Assembly: GCA_964473155.1 (NCBI GenBank)
Contig: CAYYNT010000003.1
Coordinates: 69,839 to 133,838 of the forward strand
Source of the DNA: an uncultured Gemmatimonadales bacterium
Lineage (GTDB): Bacteria > Gemmatimonadota > Glassbacteria > GWA2-58-10
Length of the DNA stretch: 64,000 nt
Direction: 5' to 3'
The notes below the pieces were generated by a model. It ran no database searches. It saw nothing but the letters and a program-made list of their open reading frames with translations, and had not been told where the DNA came from. Made by a program: the position numbers and the translations under genes. Positions 26,929-37,674 of this stretch are shown here, piece after piece. Position 1 is the first letter of the stretch. The number at the start of each line of letters is the position of its first letter.

Positions 26929-29900
26929 TCAGCGACTAAGTAAGGCTTTGCCTGTGGCCTCCACCTCCTCGGTGTTATCGAATGCCTCATTAACAGGCCT
27001 GCAGATAATCTTATATAAATATACTCCGTTTGCAACCTTTTCCTGATATTCATCCCGCCCGTCCCAGCGGACCCGGTTGAAACCCGCGGATGCTCCAAAC
27101 ATTCGAAGCTCGCGCACCGGACGTCCGGCCACGCTGAATATCCGGATCAGCACATCCGCCGGGGAACCGAGGTCGAAACATATATCTGTCTCATCGCGGA
27201 ACGGATTGGGATAGTTCAAAACGTTGGCCAGACTCAGCGAGGTTCCGGACTGGCTGACATACAGCATTATTTCTGTCCGGCTCGCATTCAGCGCATTGTC
27301 CGCCGCTCTGAACCTGAAACTGTGCAATCCCTCACTCACCGGATTCAGGCTGACTTCCAGACTGCCCTCCTGATAACTGTCCGTATTGTAGCGGAAATAC
27401 GGTGTAAGATCGGTCGAATAAGATGTTCCCGCATCCACCTCAAGGGCTACCTGATAACCGGGGCTTCCCGTGGTGTTGATCCCGCTCTCGTCTTTCAGGG
27501 CCAGGATCAGCGGACTTCCTTTTGAGATACGGTCCCCGTCGCGCAGCTCACGGCCTTTATAAAGAACGCGTATTTCAGGGCCCGCGCTGTCTGAAAGCTC
27601 AGCGTTCCGCCCTGAAACCTGCATCCTCTGGCCGGCTCCTGAAGCATCGATGCTCTCACTGGTTGAATAACCGATGAACCGTCCGCTGCCAGCGGCCAGA
27701 CTGTCCGAAACTGTCGCCGAAGAAAGGTTCAAGGGCATAATGAACGCCCCGCTGAACCGTCCTCCACTGACTGTCACCCCCCCGTCAAAAAGAACCGACC
27801 CCGCTGGAACGAATTGCACTGCCCGATCAGTTGTGACACCGTACCAGTAACACTGGTACGGGATTGTTACTTTCCTGGAATCACTAAGGAATTTAATCTG
27901 CGCCACGCCTGAAAAACCTGTCTCTATCTGTCCTCCGTTATTCAACACGCTCCCGCTGAACTCTGCCTTTCCGCCGGGTTTAAGCTGTCCGGCTCCGTCA
28001 AGGCTGATACTCATACGGCCTGCCGGTGAATGCAGCAGAAGGGCCGGGTCGCCGAACACCGTGTACTGAGCCGAATTGCTGTACTCGGCGCTTCCCATTC
28101 CCAGGCGGGCCTGAAGCGCCGCCTCACCCAGTGTAACCGCCTCCGTGCCGAACAGTTTCTGCACCAGGAGACGGTTGAGGGCCAGGTTCTGCCCGGCGTA
28201 TGTCACCCGAGTCCCTGCGTATACCGCAATCGCTCCGCCGCCGGAGGCTGTCAGCAAACGCTCTGCCATCGCATCCGTACGATAGCTGTCGAAATAGCCT
28301 ATCGAGCAGGATGAATTAAGCACGAGCGGCAACTTGTATCCGTTGGTCAATAACGGCAAATCCCGTTCCACATCGAACAAAAGCTCCTGAGACCACTGTG
28401 TCGGTCCGCCGTGTCCGATATAGTTGACAAGCAGCGCCCCGCGGTTCCACCATTCCACCAGCTCGCGCGATGCAGACGGTTTCCGCGAGCCGATTTCCGG
28501 CGGATCGAAAGGATAGCTGTCAAGGTACACTTTTTTCCGCACCAATTCCTCGGGTAAAAGCGAATCGATCGATTCGCTGCCCGCGACATGGCCGGAGACG
28601 TCATCGCATGCGCCGCCGGATACATAACCGTCATCCGCGGACAGGATTACGCGACGCACCCAGTCGCCTCGCTCACCGCCCTGTTCGTAACGCGCGACCT
28701 TGTCCGCCACAACCGACGCATCAGCCGCTTTCTGCACCGGGATGCGGCCCAGAGAAATCTGAGGCAGACCGCCGCTTTCGAACCTGACGAACCATTCATC
28801 GTAGGCGACATCTCCGCTGCTGATATATGGGATGATATGATTCGGCCTCGCACGGCCCTCCCCGGTCCAGCCCCTGAAATCATTGTGCCCGTCGCCGAAC
28901 AGCACGGCGAATCGCGGCCGCACGGGCCAGGCATCGAAAGCGTAATGAAGGAAATTCCTGACTGCGGCCGGATCTTTCTGCCCCAGGCCGAATTCATCGT
29001 AAATATCTTCAACAGTGACTACCTGCGTGGAAAAACGCGCCGCGCGCGAAGCCGCAAGCGAACCTGCCTGCGTGGAAAGGGCGCGCGGCGTGATGACCAC
29101 ATATTCAGCGCCGGACATACGTCGCAGGCCGGGAGGATCAAAAAGAGCTATAGAGGCCGGGGCAGCGTAAGCCGAATCAGTCAGCACCACAAAAGAGCGT
29201 AACGGACTGGCGGAGGATGGCAGCGAAAACCTCACCCCGGCGCTGTTCCGTTCGAGGCCTGTCAACAGGACAGGATTCCCGGGGCGGGTGATGTCATAGA
29301 CCTCGGTTTCCCGCGGCTGCGCCTCGGAAATCTGATACACGGACTGACCTTCCGGCCTGACATGATACTCCACTTGGCCTTTGCCATCCATCACGAGAGC
29401 GGTGTTCATGCGCAATTCCACGAATCCCGTGATCCAGTTCAATCCTGAAAGGATAAACCGGTTGCCGCCCTCTATCAAGCAGTTCTCCGGAAGGTTAAGC
29501 CAGTCAGTTGTGAAAATTCTGGCGTCAAATGTGTTGCCGAATCCCAGTTGCATACCGTTAAGGTTTGCATTCCAGTAAACGCTTGCATAACGGGCCTTCC
29601 CGTAAAACTGGCAGCGCAGTTTATTGCCGTTTGAAAGCGGGACGGCCGGGACATTCAGCGTGCGTTCGCGAATGTCCGGACTGTCCCCCGTTTCCACCCA
29701 GGCCCAGAAATCCGGCGACAGATTAAATTTGGACTCCTCACCCTGGAGATCGCTTAAATAGATGTTGTTGCGTTCGAAATGGAACCAGCGCTCTCCGGAT
29801 GTCACTGCCGGCGCTGCGGCGTCAGGGATCGCCGCAATCTCTTGCATGCGCAAACCGGAAGCGCCCGGGTCTCCCCAGGACAGCCAGTAAACAGCCCGGT

Positions 29901-30960
29901 TGTCATAGCGATGGACCAGGCTGCTCACCGCTCCGGTGTCATCCACGCTGAACCGGTCAAGCCCCTGGCCGTAGAAAATCACGCGGTCTCCCTGACCAAA
30001 AGAACCATCGGCCACTCCAGTCACCCGTATCGCCACCTCATGAAGATCCGGCATATCGGCTGACGGGTCTTCGTCCTGCATTTTCCCGCCGCTGAAATAG
30101 AGGCGAAGGCTGGAGGGAGCGATTCCGGAAATTTCTACGCCCGAGGCCAGAAGAGCGGCCCCGCTGATTGAATAAACACCGGAGGAATCGATTCGAACCG
30201 CGGCCCAGTGCGGCGCGCGGTCGAAAGGCGATGCGGAGGATGCTGCAAGACGGGTGCGCGGAGTAAGCCAGGCCCCGGCGCTCCGCCAGTTCAGAAAAGC
30301 CCCCCTGACAAAAGGGTCCGCAAGGCCATCGGGGCGATCGGATGGGCTGTTCGATTCCGCTGAAAGCTGACCGCTGAAAGAGATATCGATATCCATACGG
30401 CGGCGGATCGTGAGCCTGCCGTTTGACGGGTCATAACTGAAGGGATAGACCGTAAGCTGAAGAACTCTGTATTCGCGGAACTGGAAAGGACCGGACAGAA
30501 CGAGCGGTTCTTCCGGGTGTTCCCCACCCTGAAGATATTCCTGCCCAAAAGCCGGAAGGGAAAGCGATTCCCGGCTTTCATTCTCATCTCCCGGCGGGGC
30601 AAGGGCCGGAAAAAGCGCGCCGGTTCTTGCAAAAGTCCTGTCCTCTCCGGATATGGAACCTCTTGCCGCACAACCGGGAGGGACAACCAGCGCCACGCTG
30701 TAACACGGCATGGAGGGATAGCCCGGACGGCTGATCACCTCGGCCCCATCCGCCTCAATCCTCGTGTAGTCTGCGCCGCGCCATGAGAAAGGTTCGAGCG
30801 ACCATGCGGGAAGCTCGAATGTCAGACGCACGCCATCCTGTCCGGAGGACAGCAGGGAAAACGGTTGCTCCCCGGCTCTCAGCACAACCGGAAATGAGGC
30901 GAGGACCATGATCAATGCAGCCCCGAGGGCTGCCAACAGTTTAATCCGTCCGGCTCTCAA
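26929..30960 (-). CDS. peptidase C25 (gingipain/PorU-like) protein with a T9SS C-terminal sorting domain; candidate T9SS C-terminal signal peptidase
   Basis: Catalytic-domain start YVVITPRAL...VEDIYDEFG...AVRNFLHYA...FAVLFGDG. Clan CD His/Cys dyad in NYIGHGGPTQW and LNSSCSIGYFD. CTD: NVLNYPNPFRDETDICFDL...VLIRIFSVAGRPV...WDGRD...GVYLYKI. Confidence 0.7.
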   Translation of the reverse strand: MRAGRIKLLAALGAALIMVLASFPVVLRAGEQPFSLLSSGQDGVRLTFELPAWSLEPFSWRGADYTRIEADGAEVISRPGYPSMPCYSVALVVPPGCAARGSISGEDRTFARTGALFPALAPPGDENESRESLSLPAFGQEYLQGGEHPEEPLVLSGPFQFREYRVLQLTVYPFSYDPSNGRLTIRRRMDIDISFSGQLSAESNSPSDRPDGLADPFVRGAFLNWRSAGAWLTPRTRLAASSASPFDRAPHWAAVRIDSSGVYSISGAALLASGVEISGIAPSSLRLYFSGGKMQDEDPSADMPDLHEVAIRVTGVADGSFGQGDRVIFYGQGLDRFSVDDTGAVSSLVHRYDNRAVYWLSWGDPGASGLRMQEIAAIPDAAAPAVTSGERWFHFERNNIYLSDLQGEESKFNLSPDFWAWVETGDSPDIRERTLNVPAVPLSNGNKLRCQFYGKARYASVYWNANLNGMQLGFGNTFDARIFTTDWLNLPENCLIEGGNRFILSGLNWITGFVELRMNTALVMDGKGQVEYHVRPEGQSVYQISEAQPRETEVYDITRPGNPVLLTGLERNSAGVRFSLPSSASPLRSFVVLTDSAYAAPASIALFDPPGLRRMSGAEYVVITPRALSTQAGSLAASRAARFSTQVVTVEDIYDEFGLGQKDPAAVRNFLHYAFDAWPVRPRFAVLFGDGHNDFRGWTGEGRARPNHIIPYISSGDVAYDEWFVRFESGGLPQISLGRIPVQKAADASVVADKVARYEQGGERGDWVRRVILSADDGYVSGGACDDVSGHVAGSESIDSLLPEELVRKKVYLDSYPFDPPEIGSRKPSASRELVEWWNRGALLVNYIGHGGPTQWSQELLFDVERDLPLLTNGYKLPLVLNSSCSIGYFDSYRTDAMAERLLTASGGGAIAVYAGTRVTYAGQNLALNRLLVQKLFGTEAVTLGEAALQARLGMGSAEYSNSAQYTVFGDPALLLHSPAGRMSISLDGAGQLKPGGKAEFSGSVLNNGGQIETGFSGVAQIKFLSDSRKVTIPYQCYWYGVTTDRAVQFVPAGSVLFDGGVTVSGGRFSGAFIMPLNLSSATVSDSLAAGSGRFIGYSTSESIDASGAGQRMQVSGRNAELSDSAGPEIRVLYKGRELRDGDRISKGSPLILALKDESGINTTGSPGYQVALEVDAGTSYSTDLTPYFRYNTDSYQEGSLEVSLNPVSEGLHSFRFRAADNALNASRTEIMLYVSQSGTSLSLANVLNYPNPFRDETDICFDLGSPADVLIRIFSVAGRPVRELRMFGASAGFNRVRWDGRDEYQEKVANGVYLYKIICRPVNEAFDNTEEVEATGKALLSR

Positions 30961-30974
30961 GACATCCCCGGGGC

Positions 30975-31157
30975 TTAGAATGACCTGGCCTCATCGATCA
31001 GCATGATCGGTATGTCATCCTTGATATCATAAATCAGGCGGCAGGCGTGACAGACCAGCTCATTCTGGTCCTGACGGTATTCGAGGTCCCCTTTGCATTT
31101 AGGACAAACCAGGATTTCAAGCAGTTTCGGGTCCAGCATCCTGTCCTCCGTTTGCAA
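30975..31157 (-). CDS. Trm112/YcaR-like small zinc-ribbon protein
   Basis: [14 protein letters not shown]...[25 protein letters not shown] matches the Trm112 (DUF343) pattern. Confidence 0.6.
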   Translation of the reverse strand: MQTEDRMLDPKLLEILVCPKCKGDLEYRQDQNELVCHACRLIYDIKDDIPIMLIDEARSF

Positions 31158-31165
31158 CTTGGTTT

Positions 31166-32089
31166 TTAATTGTCAGGCGTGTAGCCGACCATTTTGAGAA
31201 AGGAATCGTTCTTGCGCCAGTTTTCCCTGACTTTTACCCACAGGTCGAGATATACGCTCGAGCCTGCCAGTTCCTCGATTTTGACTCTCGCCTCCCGCCC
31301 CAGTTTTTTCAACTGTTCTCCGCCCCGTCCGATAAGAATGGCTTTCTGCCCCTCTCGCTCGACATATATCACGGCTTTGATATATGCCTTGTTTCCAGGC
31401 CGCTCCTGATACTCTTCAACCATCACCGCCGCGGCGTACGGCAGCTCCTGGCGGAGCTGTTCGAATATCGTCTCGCGGATCAGCTCGGCGGCGAAAAAAC
31501 GCATCGGCTGGGTGGCTATCTGTTCCTCGGAGTACATGAAATCACCGGCGGGGAGACGCTTGACCACCTGGGCCAGAAGCTCCTCGAGACCATCACCGCC
31601 GAGCGCGCTTACCGGAACTATCTCCTCGAACAGATTTTCTTTCGCGTACCCGGCGATAAGCGGCAGCAGACGTTCCTTCTCGATAAGATCGATCTTGTTC
31701 AGCGCGAGTATGAGAGGAATTTTAAGGGAACGCAGACGGCCGCCGAGTTCCTGTTCCAGCGATGCATCATTCTGCGAGGCATCCAGAATGTAGATGACTA
31801 TGTCCGCGCCGCTGACCGCCTTGAAACTTGTCTGGATCATCATTTTCTGCATGCGGTCGCGCGGCTGGATCACCCCCGGAGTATCGATAAACAACGCCTG
31901 GTACCCAGGTCCGCTCATAATTCCAAACACCTGCTGCCGGGTTGTCTGCGCCTTTGAGCTGACAATCGAGATTTTTTGTCCCAGCAGATTATTCATCAGC
32001 GTGCTCTTGCCGACATTGGGCTTTCCGGCGATAGCAACCACTCCGCTGCGTTTATTAATTGTTAAACTCTGTCCCTTTTCTGCGCTCAA
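31166..32089 (-). CDS. era: GTPase Era
   Basis: [11 protein letters not shown]1 motif, DTPG G3 motif, NKID G4 motif, and a C-terminal KH domain. Confidence 0.95.
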   Translation of the reverse strand: MSAEKGQSLTINKRSGVVAIAGKPNVGKSTLMNNLLGQKISIVSSKAQTTRQQVFGIMSGPGYQALFIDTPGVIQPRDRMQKMMIQTSFKAVSGADIVIYILDASQNDASLEQELGGRLRSLKIPLILALNKIDLIEKERLLPLIAGYAKENLFEEIVPVSALGGDGLEELLAQVVKRLPAGDFMYSEEQIATQPMRFFAAELIRETIFEQLRQELPYAAAVMVEEYQERPGNKAYIKAVIYVEREGQKAILIGRGGEQLKKLGREARVKIEELAGSSVYLDLWVKVRENWRKNDSFLKMVGYTPDN

Positions 32090-32235
32090 TTTCTGTTCAC
32101 CCGGATAGAATTTGGTTTAAACGCCCTGACAATTCATGTTAGCAACAGTTCGCCGCTTAGGCTGAATATAATCTATATTCAGTTAAGGGCCAAGTGTGCA
32201 GAGATGCCTGCCAGATTCAGTTTTTCGGAGAAAAT

Positions 32236-32312
<77 letters not shown>

Positions 32313-32491
32313 ACTGCAATCGAACGAAGCTTGGTTTGGATGGGACCTCGCTGAAGAAATGTCGGCTTTGTCAGCGCGAACAGATGAAATATATACCGAA
32401 AAGCCGTATCAGGCAAGAAAAAACCATTGACATTATTACGTGACATTCCAGATGCGGAAACAGAAAGGTTTGAAAAGCCTCCTCTTCCAAA

Positions 32492-32632
32492 TCAGAAGGC
32501 TTTCCTTTCCTTGCGCGGACGTATTGAGATCGTGGTCTTGCAGGCTATGCAGTTGAAGAGGTACAGAAAACGGTCCGCTTTCAGCGTGACCGGCTGCTTG
32601 CCCAGATAGACCAGATTCTTGTGTTTGCACAT
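32492..32632 (-). CDS. small (46 aa) zinc-ribbon protein
   Basis: Strong SD GGGAGAAGGAAA before the ATG. MCKHKNLVYLGKQPVTLKADRFLYLFNCIACKTTISIRPRKERKAF (CxxH...CxxC). Confidence 0.4.
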   Translation of the reverse strand: MCKHKNLVYLGKQPVTLKADRFLYLFNCIACKTTISIRPRKERKAF

Positions 32633-32903
32633 TTTCCTTCTCCCAGTAACTGACATATTTACCTCTTCTGCTGTATTCGAATTAAATAGCAATAATTGTA
32701 CCATATATTACAGTACACTCCGCCTGTTGTTTCATTTCTTTAAAATTCTTTACCTGATTGCTGACGAGGGAAAATCACTGCTTCCGTTCCACGCAATATA
32801 AACGAGATATGATTCTCTTTTACTGAAACATTGGAAAAAACCGCCGGGTGAGCAGATACCGGGGGATTGGTCTGATGGATTTAAGGGAAGAGGATGGAGG
32901 CTT

Positions 32904-33800
32904 TCATTTGCCTGAACGCCGGGTGCTGGCCCGATCCAGGATATTTTTTTCCGAGCGGCTCAGGCTGTGGATGCCCTGCGCATTTATCTTGTCCAGGATG
33001 CGGTTGACCTCATCCTGCTCGTTCTTCTCCTGTTCAATCTCGCGCGTGACGAGACGGATCTGGCGGCGGCGCTTTCGGTCGTGCCAGGCGGCGGCAAGCC
33101 TGGTAAACTGCCACTCTTTTTTCAGATAAAGATAACCGATCAGCATCCCGCTCAGGTGCGCGAAATGAGCTATCCCTGAGGGAGTCCAGCTCAGCCAGAA
33201 CTCTATCGCCGCAAGTATCAGAACGAAATATTTCGCCTTGAGCGGAAAGATCAGCATGAACAGAATCTGACGTTCCGGGAACAGAAGGCCATAGGCGGCC
33301 AGAAGGCCGAAAATAGCTCCGCTGGAGCCGATCAGGGCCTGTCCTGGAAGGCCGGCGCGGATCGGCAGTGACCAGTCCGAGGCGAATATCCAGTACAGCA
33401 GGCCCGCTCCCGCCCCGGTGATGAAGAAGAAAATCAGAAATTCCCGGCTGCCCCAGGTGCGCTCCAGTTCCGAGCCGAACATCCAGAGCGCGAACATGTT
33501 GAACAGAAGATGCCACAGGCTGCCGTGAACGAAGATGTAAGTGACGAACTGCCAGAGGAAGAACCGCTCGTTGACAAGTTGAGGGGTCAACCCGAAAACA
33601 GTCACCCATAGTGAGCTGCCCGCCGCCATCCGCAACATGCCATCGACAATGAACGAGCCGGCACAGGCAATCAGCAGGTATTTTACCGAGGGGCTGACGC
33701 CACCGCCCAGAATATAGCCCGGCTGTTCGTAATAAGTGTTGTAGCGCAAGCTGTCGCTCTCCTGATCCGGTTTCTCACCAGCGGCGGCCGAAACGCGCAC
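32904..33800 (-). CDS. rhomboid-family intramembrane serine protease
   Basis: GxSG active site (GSSGAIFGLLAAYG) and the catalytic His in AHFAHLSGMLIGY. The 5' end overlaps the upstream gene by 26 nt, so the true start may be internal. Confidence 0.75.
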   Translation of the reverse strand: MRVSAAAGEKPDQESDSLRYNTYYEQPGYILGGGVSPSVKYLLIACAGSFIVDGMLRMAAGSSLWVTVFGLTPQLVNERFFLWQFVTYIFVHGSLWHLLFNMFALWMFGSELERTWGSREFLIFFFITGAGAGLLYWIFASDWSLPIRAGLPGQALIGSSGAIFGLLAAYGLLFPERQILFMLIFPLKAKYFVLILAAIEFWLSWTPSGIAHFAHLSGMLIGYLYLKKEWQFTRLAAAWHDRKRRRQIRLVTREIEQEKNEQDEVNRILDKINAQGIHSLSRSEKNILDRASTRRSGK

Positions 33801-36132
33801 TCAACAACGCAAGCACGGCCAGCGCGACCGCTGCAACCAGGCTGACAATAACGCCGAGCCTGAAAGAATCAGAAACATAGGCGAAATGCACAATATGGTT
33901 TCCTGCTTCAAGAGCTACACCGCGCAGAGCATAATCGGTCCGGAGAACGGCTACCGGCGTTCCATCCACCCAGGCTTTCCAGGCCGGGTACTCCCACTCG
34001 CTCAGGACCAGTATGCCAGCCGCGGGGCTCTTTGTCTCCACCGTTATTTCATTCTGTGCATAACTTTTAATCACAGCTTCAGATTCAATATGCTCCTGCG
34101 TGGAGGGGGTGTCAATGCCGGGTTCTGTCTCCAGAACGGCCTCGCTGCGGTGGTCGAATGACGGGTCGTTCAGGGTGGCGAGAATTGAAGCGTCATCCTT
34201 GAGCACTCTCCATCTGTGAAGCAGGAACGCCCGCGGAAGGTAGGCGCCGTGGGCGGCAAGCCCCACGCTGCGGGATTCATAATTGATTGCGATTTTATAC
34301 TTCACATTAAGAAGGTCGAACTGGCGATCAACCTGCACCTCGCCAAGACGGCGCTTGAGTTGCAAGGGATTGTATCCCTCGAGCAGAAACAGACGGGCGA
34401 TGCTGCCCTGGTTCCGCGGCAGCACCATCACACCAGGGTTTTCGAGGCTGCGCGCGTTCACCCGGAACAATTCTCTATCCAGGTCTTTTTTCAGTTCTTT
34501 GACCATGGGAGTGTCGGCATAGTAGACCGCCGGATCTGTATCACCGGCCAGGAACGGCCGCCCGAACGAGGCCAACTCCACGAACGTGCACAATACTATC
34601 GACCCGGCCCAGGCAAAGGTAAATCTTCCGGATCGTCCGGCCGGCCACAGAATCAACGCCGCAAGGGCAGTCCACATTATCGATTCAAGCACTGCACCCG
34701 AGGCCATGGCTTTGACCTCCGGACGCAACAGCGCTCCATCGCAAAGCCCGTTCAACGCACCGGCTTTCAACAGCACGAACAGAACCAGGAGAACTCCTCC
34801 GGAACCCGCGGCCAAGAACATAGGACCGTGTATGGCCCTCCCCTCCCCGGATTTCGTTTTTCTTAAAAGCGCCTCGCAGCCATACGCGGCAAGCATGGCT
34901 AGGGCGAAGGAAACCAGAGCTGCAAACCGTCCCGGTATGCGGAACCGTCCGAAACCAGGCGCGAACTCGAAAAACAGACGGTACAGTCCGCCGTACTTGC
35001 CCAGGGCCAGCAGAAGGCTCGATGCAGCCAGCACGGCATGGAACCGCACGCTCCTGTCCCGTCGAATGCCGCTCAACGCCCAAAGCGCAAGCGTGAGGGG
35101 CAAAACTCCAACAAACAGGCATGTCTCCCAGAATGCGCTGTAACCACCGGCCCAGTAAGTATTTGCTGTCGGGAGCTGACGGCCGAAAAATCCCGGACTG
35201 AGGAGCTTGACAAGGAAAAGAGGATGCAGCGAATGCTCCGCCGAGGCCTCCCAGGTCATACTGCTGCGCGGGGTATAACGGGCCAGTTCGGCTGCGGGCA
35301 ACCAGTTGAACGCGTTGAGCCCCACCCCGAACGCCGCCACGGCCACGAGCACAGCCAGTCGTTTAATCGTGCCTGACAAGCTCCAGCCGTTCTCCCGGTG
35401 CACCTCCAGCTCGTGACAAAGCCACTGGAGTCCCAGTACATAGCAGATATAAAGCGTGTACTGCGGATACCCCCCCATTGTGCTTACACCCAGCGCCAAA
35501 GCGCAAAGCACGGCCCAGCGGTGACGGCCCGTGTCAAGAGCGCGCTGGAACATTTCCAGGATCAGCGGCAACCAGACAAACACGTTGATGAAATTAAGGT
35601 GTATCGCATGGGTGACCAGAAAACCGCTGAAAGCGAAAATCACTGCGCCCAGAAGGCTGGATTCTGCGGATAGCTTGAGATATCGGAGGTAGCGGAAACT
35701 GAACCAGGCCGCCAGGAAAAAATGGAACACGAGGAAGAACTGCACGACCCGCGGGCTGAGACTGTCCGGCCCGGCGAACAGGGTCTGCAAAAGGTTGAAT
35801 GGATAGAGCACCGCGGTCTGAATGTCGGCGAAAAAGGGCATTCCCCCGAAAACATAGGGATTCCAGAACGGAAACTCTCCCCTGATTATCGAGGTGGCGG
35901 CGAAGAAACGCACCGGGTATGTGAACTGTATGAAATCCTCCCAGAGCCAGGCGCGTCCAGATTTCAGGGGAGTGAGATATTGCCAGAAAAACACCGCCGC
36001 CAGCCCGGCAAGAATCACTAACGGATAGCTCCGCTCAAGATTGAACGCGCGGCGCCCTGCAGTGCTGTCTGACTGTCCCCGTCTCGGGCTATCTTGATTG
36101 GCTCGCTGCCTGTCAGTCTTTCTGGAGGTCAT
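33775..36132 (-). CDS. polytopic membrane protein, YfhO-like (GT-C fold glycosyltransferase candidate)
   Basis: More than 10 TM helices. N-terminal DFIQFTYPVRFF...GEFPFWNPYVFGGMPFFADIQTAVLYP resembles the YfhO family. 4-nt overlap with the upstream GT2 gene. Confidence 0.55.
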   Translation of the reverse strand: MTSRKTDRQRANQDSPRRGQSDSTAGRRAFNLERSYPLVILAGLAAVFFWQYLTPLKSGRAWLWEDFIQFTYPVRFFAATSIIRGEFPFWNPYVFGGMPFFADIQTAVLYPFNLLQTLFAGPDSLSPRVVQFFLVFHFFLAAWFSFRYLRYLKLSAESSLLGAVIFAFSGFLVTHAIHLNFINVFVWLPLILEMFQRALDTGRHRWAVLCALALGVSTMGGYPQYTLYICYVLGLQWLCHELEVHRENGWSLSGTIKRLAVLVAVAAFGVGLNAFNWLPAAELARYTPRSSMTWEASAEHSLHPLFLVKLLSPGFFGRQLPTANTYWAGGYSAFWETCLFVGVLPLTLALWALSGIRRDRSVRFHAVLAASSLLLALGKYGGLYRLFFEFAPGFGRFRIPGRFAALVSFALAMLAAYGCEALLRKTKSGEGRAIHGPMFLAAGSGGVLLVLFVLLKAGALNGLCDGALLRPEVKAMASGAVLESIMWTALAALILWPAGRSGRFTFAWAGSIVLCTFVELASFGRPFLAGDTDPAVYYADTPMVKELKKDLDRELFRVNARSLENPGVMVLPRNQGSIARLFLLEGYNPLQLKRRLGEVQVDRQFDLLNVKYKIAINYESRSVGLAAHGAYLPRAFLLHRWRVLKDDASILATLNDPSFDHRSEAVLETEPGIDTPSTQEHIESEAVIKSYAQNEITVETKSPAAGILVLSEWEYPAWKAWVDGTPVAVLRTDYALRGVALEAGNHIVHFAYVSDSFRLGVIVSLVAAVALAVLALLSARFGRRW

Positions 36133-36908
36133 CGGCTGTACAATCCACGGCGGTCGTTCAACCAGATGGCAAAAAGCTCGGAAAAGCAGGTGAAAACATT
36201 TTTAAGCAGGCGAACCCGAGTGGCCTCGTCATTGGCCCACTCCACCGGGACTTCCTGCACCGCGAATCCCTGCCGGTCGGCAATCACGATTATCTCTGTG
36301 TCGTAGCTCCAGCCGCTTATCCGCTGGCTGCCGAATACGGGTCCGATGCTGCGCCGGCTGAAACATTTGAAACCGCAGGTGAAATCGCTGATTTTTAAAC
36401 CGAAAATTGCATTGCTCAACCAGGTGAACACCTTGCCCATATTTTCACGATATTTAGGCTGATGTTTGACAATCCTGGCTGAATCCACCTTGCGCGTACC
36501 GATTATCACATCCTTCCCGGCCTCTATCAGCGGCTGGAAACGTTCGAGCATCTCAATCGGCGTTGACAGATCGGCGTCCATGAAAACGGCGTACTGCCCG
36601 CGCGAGGCCAGCATACCGGTCTTTACAGCAAAGCCCTTACCGGAGTTACGGCCATAGCCCTCCAGCCGAACGTTCACATCGGGGTTCTGGAACGACCCGG
36701 CCACCTGGCGGGTGCCGTCCCGGCTCCCGTCATCCACCACCACTATCTCGCTGGAATAACTCTGGCCCCGCAAATATCGAATGACCGCCTCCAGCGTCCC
36801 GCCGATACGTTTTTCCTCATTATAGGCCGGGATCACCACACTCAGAAAAACTGTCCCCTGCTCCAAGTCATTCTCCCCAGTCATCTCGATTCCGTTCATG
36901 CGAAACAA
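36129..36908 (-). CDS. GT2-family polyprenyl-phosphate glycosyltransferase (DPM1/GtrB/CsbB-like)
   Basis: LSVVIPAYNEEKRI...EIVVVDDGSRDGT...MDADLSTP motifs. Confidence 0.8.
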   Translation of the reverse strand: MFRMNGIEMTGENDLEQGTVFLSVVIPAYNEEKRIGGTLEAVIRYLRGQSYSSEIVVVDDGSRDGTRQVAGSFQNPDVNVRLEGYGRNSGKGFAVKTGMLASRGQYAVFMDADLSTPIEMLERFQPLIEAGKDVIIGTRKVDSARIVKHQPKYRENMGKVFTWLSNAIFGLKISDFTCGFKCFSRRSIGPVFGSQRISGWSYDTEIIVIADRQGFAVQEVPVEWANDEATRVRLLKNVFTCFSELFAIWLNDRRGLYSR

Positions 36909-36933
36909 TCCCGGCGCTCTCAGAGCGGCCAGT

Positions 36934-37674
36934 CTAATCCGGACGGGTGCAAAGACAGATCAGCGACTTGCCGAACGGGAAGCCGGGCCGCGGCAGAAAA
37001 TGTCTCTCAAAACTGAAGATGCGGTGAAAAATCCAGTTCAAGGGCCTGTTGAAATCCGGATAACAGTTCTTTTCTTTCAACGGAGCGCGAAAACGGTCAA
37101 GAACTATGTCGATCAGCGCCAGAGGAAACAGTATGGAATTGAAATGCGTGATGAAATCCAGGCGGAACCCGGCCCCCTGAAGCAGTTTACTCAGCGAGCG
37201 AGTCGTATAGCGTCGGTAATGCCCGAATACTACATCCCGGCTGGTCCATTGCCAGCGGTCGGCAGGAACCGAGAGCAGCAGTTTTCCGTGTCCTGGTTTG
37301 AGCATGCGCAGGAGTTCTTTCGCCACCTGTCTGTCATCCTCGATATGTTCCGCCACATCCAGGCAGAGGAGAGCATCGAAACCACTATCACGGAAGGGCA
37401 GCCGAAGACTGTCTCCACGGACCAGTTGTTTCAGTCCCCTGTTTCTCGTGAACTGGAGGGCTTCAAGGGAAAAATCGAAGCTCACGGCCTCGACGCCCAG
37501 GGATTCTGCCAGACGGCTTGTGGCTCCGGGGCCACAACCGACATTCAGCAGCCGGCCGCCTTCATGCAGAAACCCGCGCAACAGTCGCTCCAGGATCACC
37601 AGACGGCCGCTGTAAAGCCAGTAACTGTCCTCGCGGCTGTCAAACTCCTGCATGATCTGTTCATTGTCTTTCAT
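36934..37674 (-). CDS. class I SAM-dependent methyltransferase
   Basis: LLNVGCGPGATS motif I, followed by D-x-F-D and an acidic loop. Confidence 0.75.
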   Translation of the reverse strand: MKDNEQIMQEFDSREDSYWLYSGRLVILERLLRGFLHEGGRLLNVGCGPGATSRLAESLGVEAVSFDFSLEALQFTRNRGLKQLVRGDSLRLPFRDSGFDALLCLDVAEHIEDDRQVAKELLRMLKPGHGKLLLSVPADRWQWTSRDVVFGHYRRYTTRSLSKLLQGAGFRLDFITHFNSILFPLALIDIVLDRFRAPLKEKNCYPDFNRPLNWIFHRIFSFERHFLPRPGFPFGKSLICLCTRPD

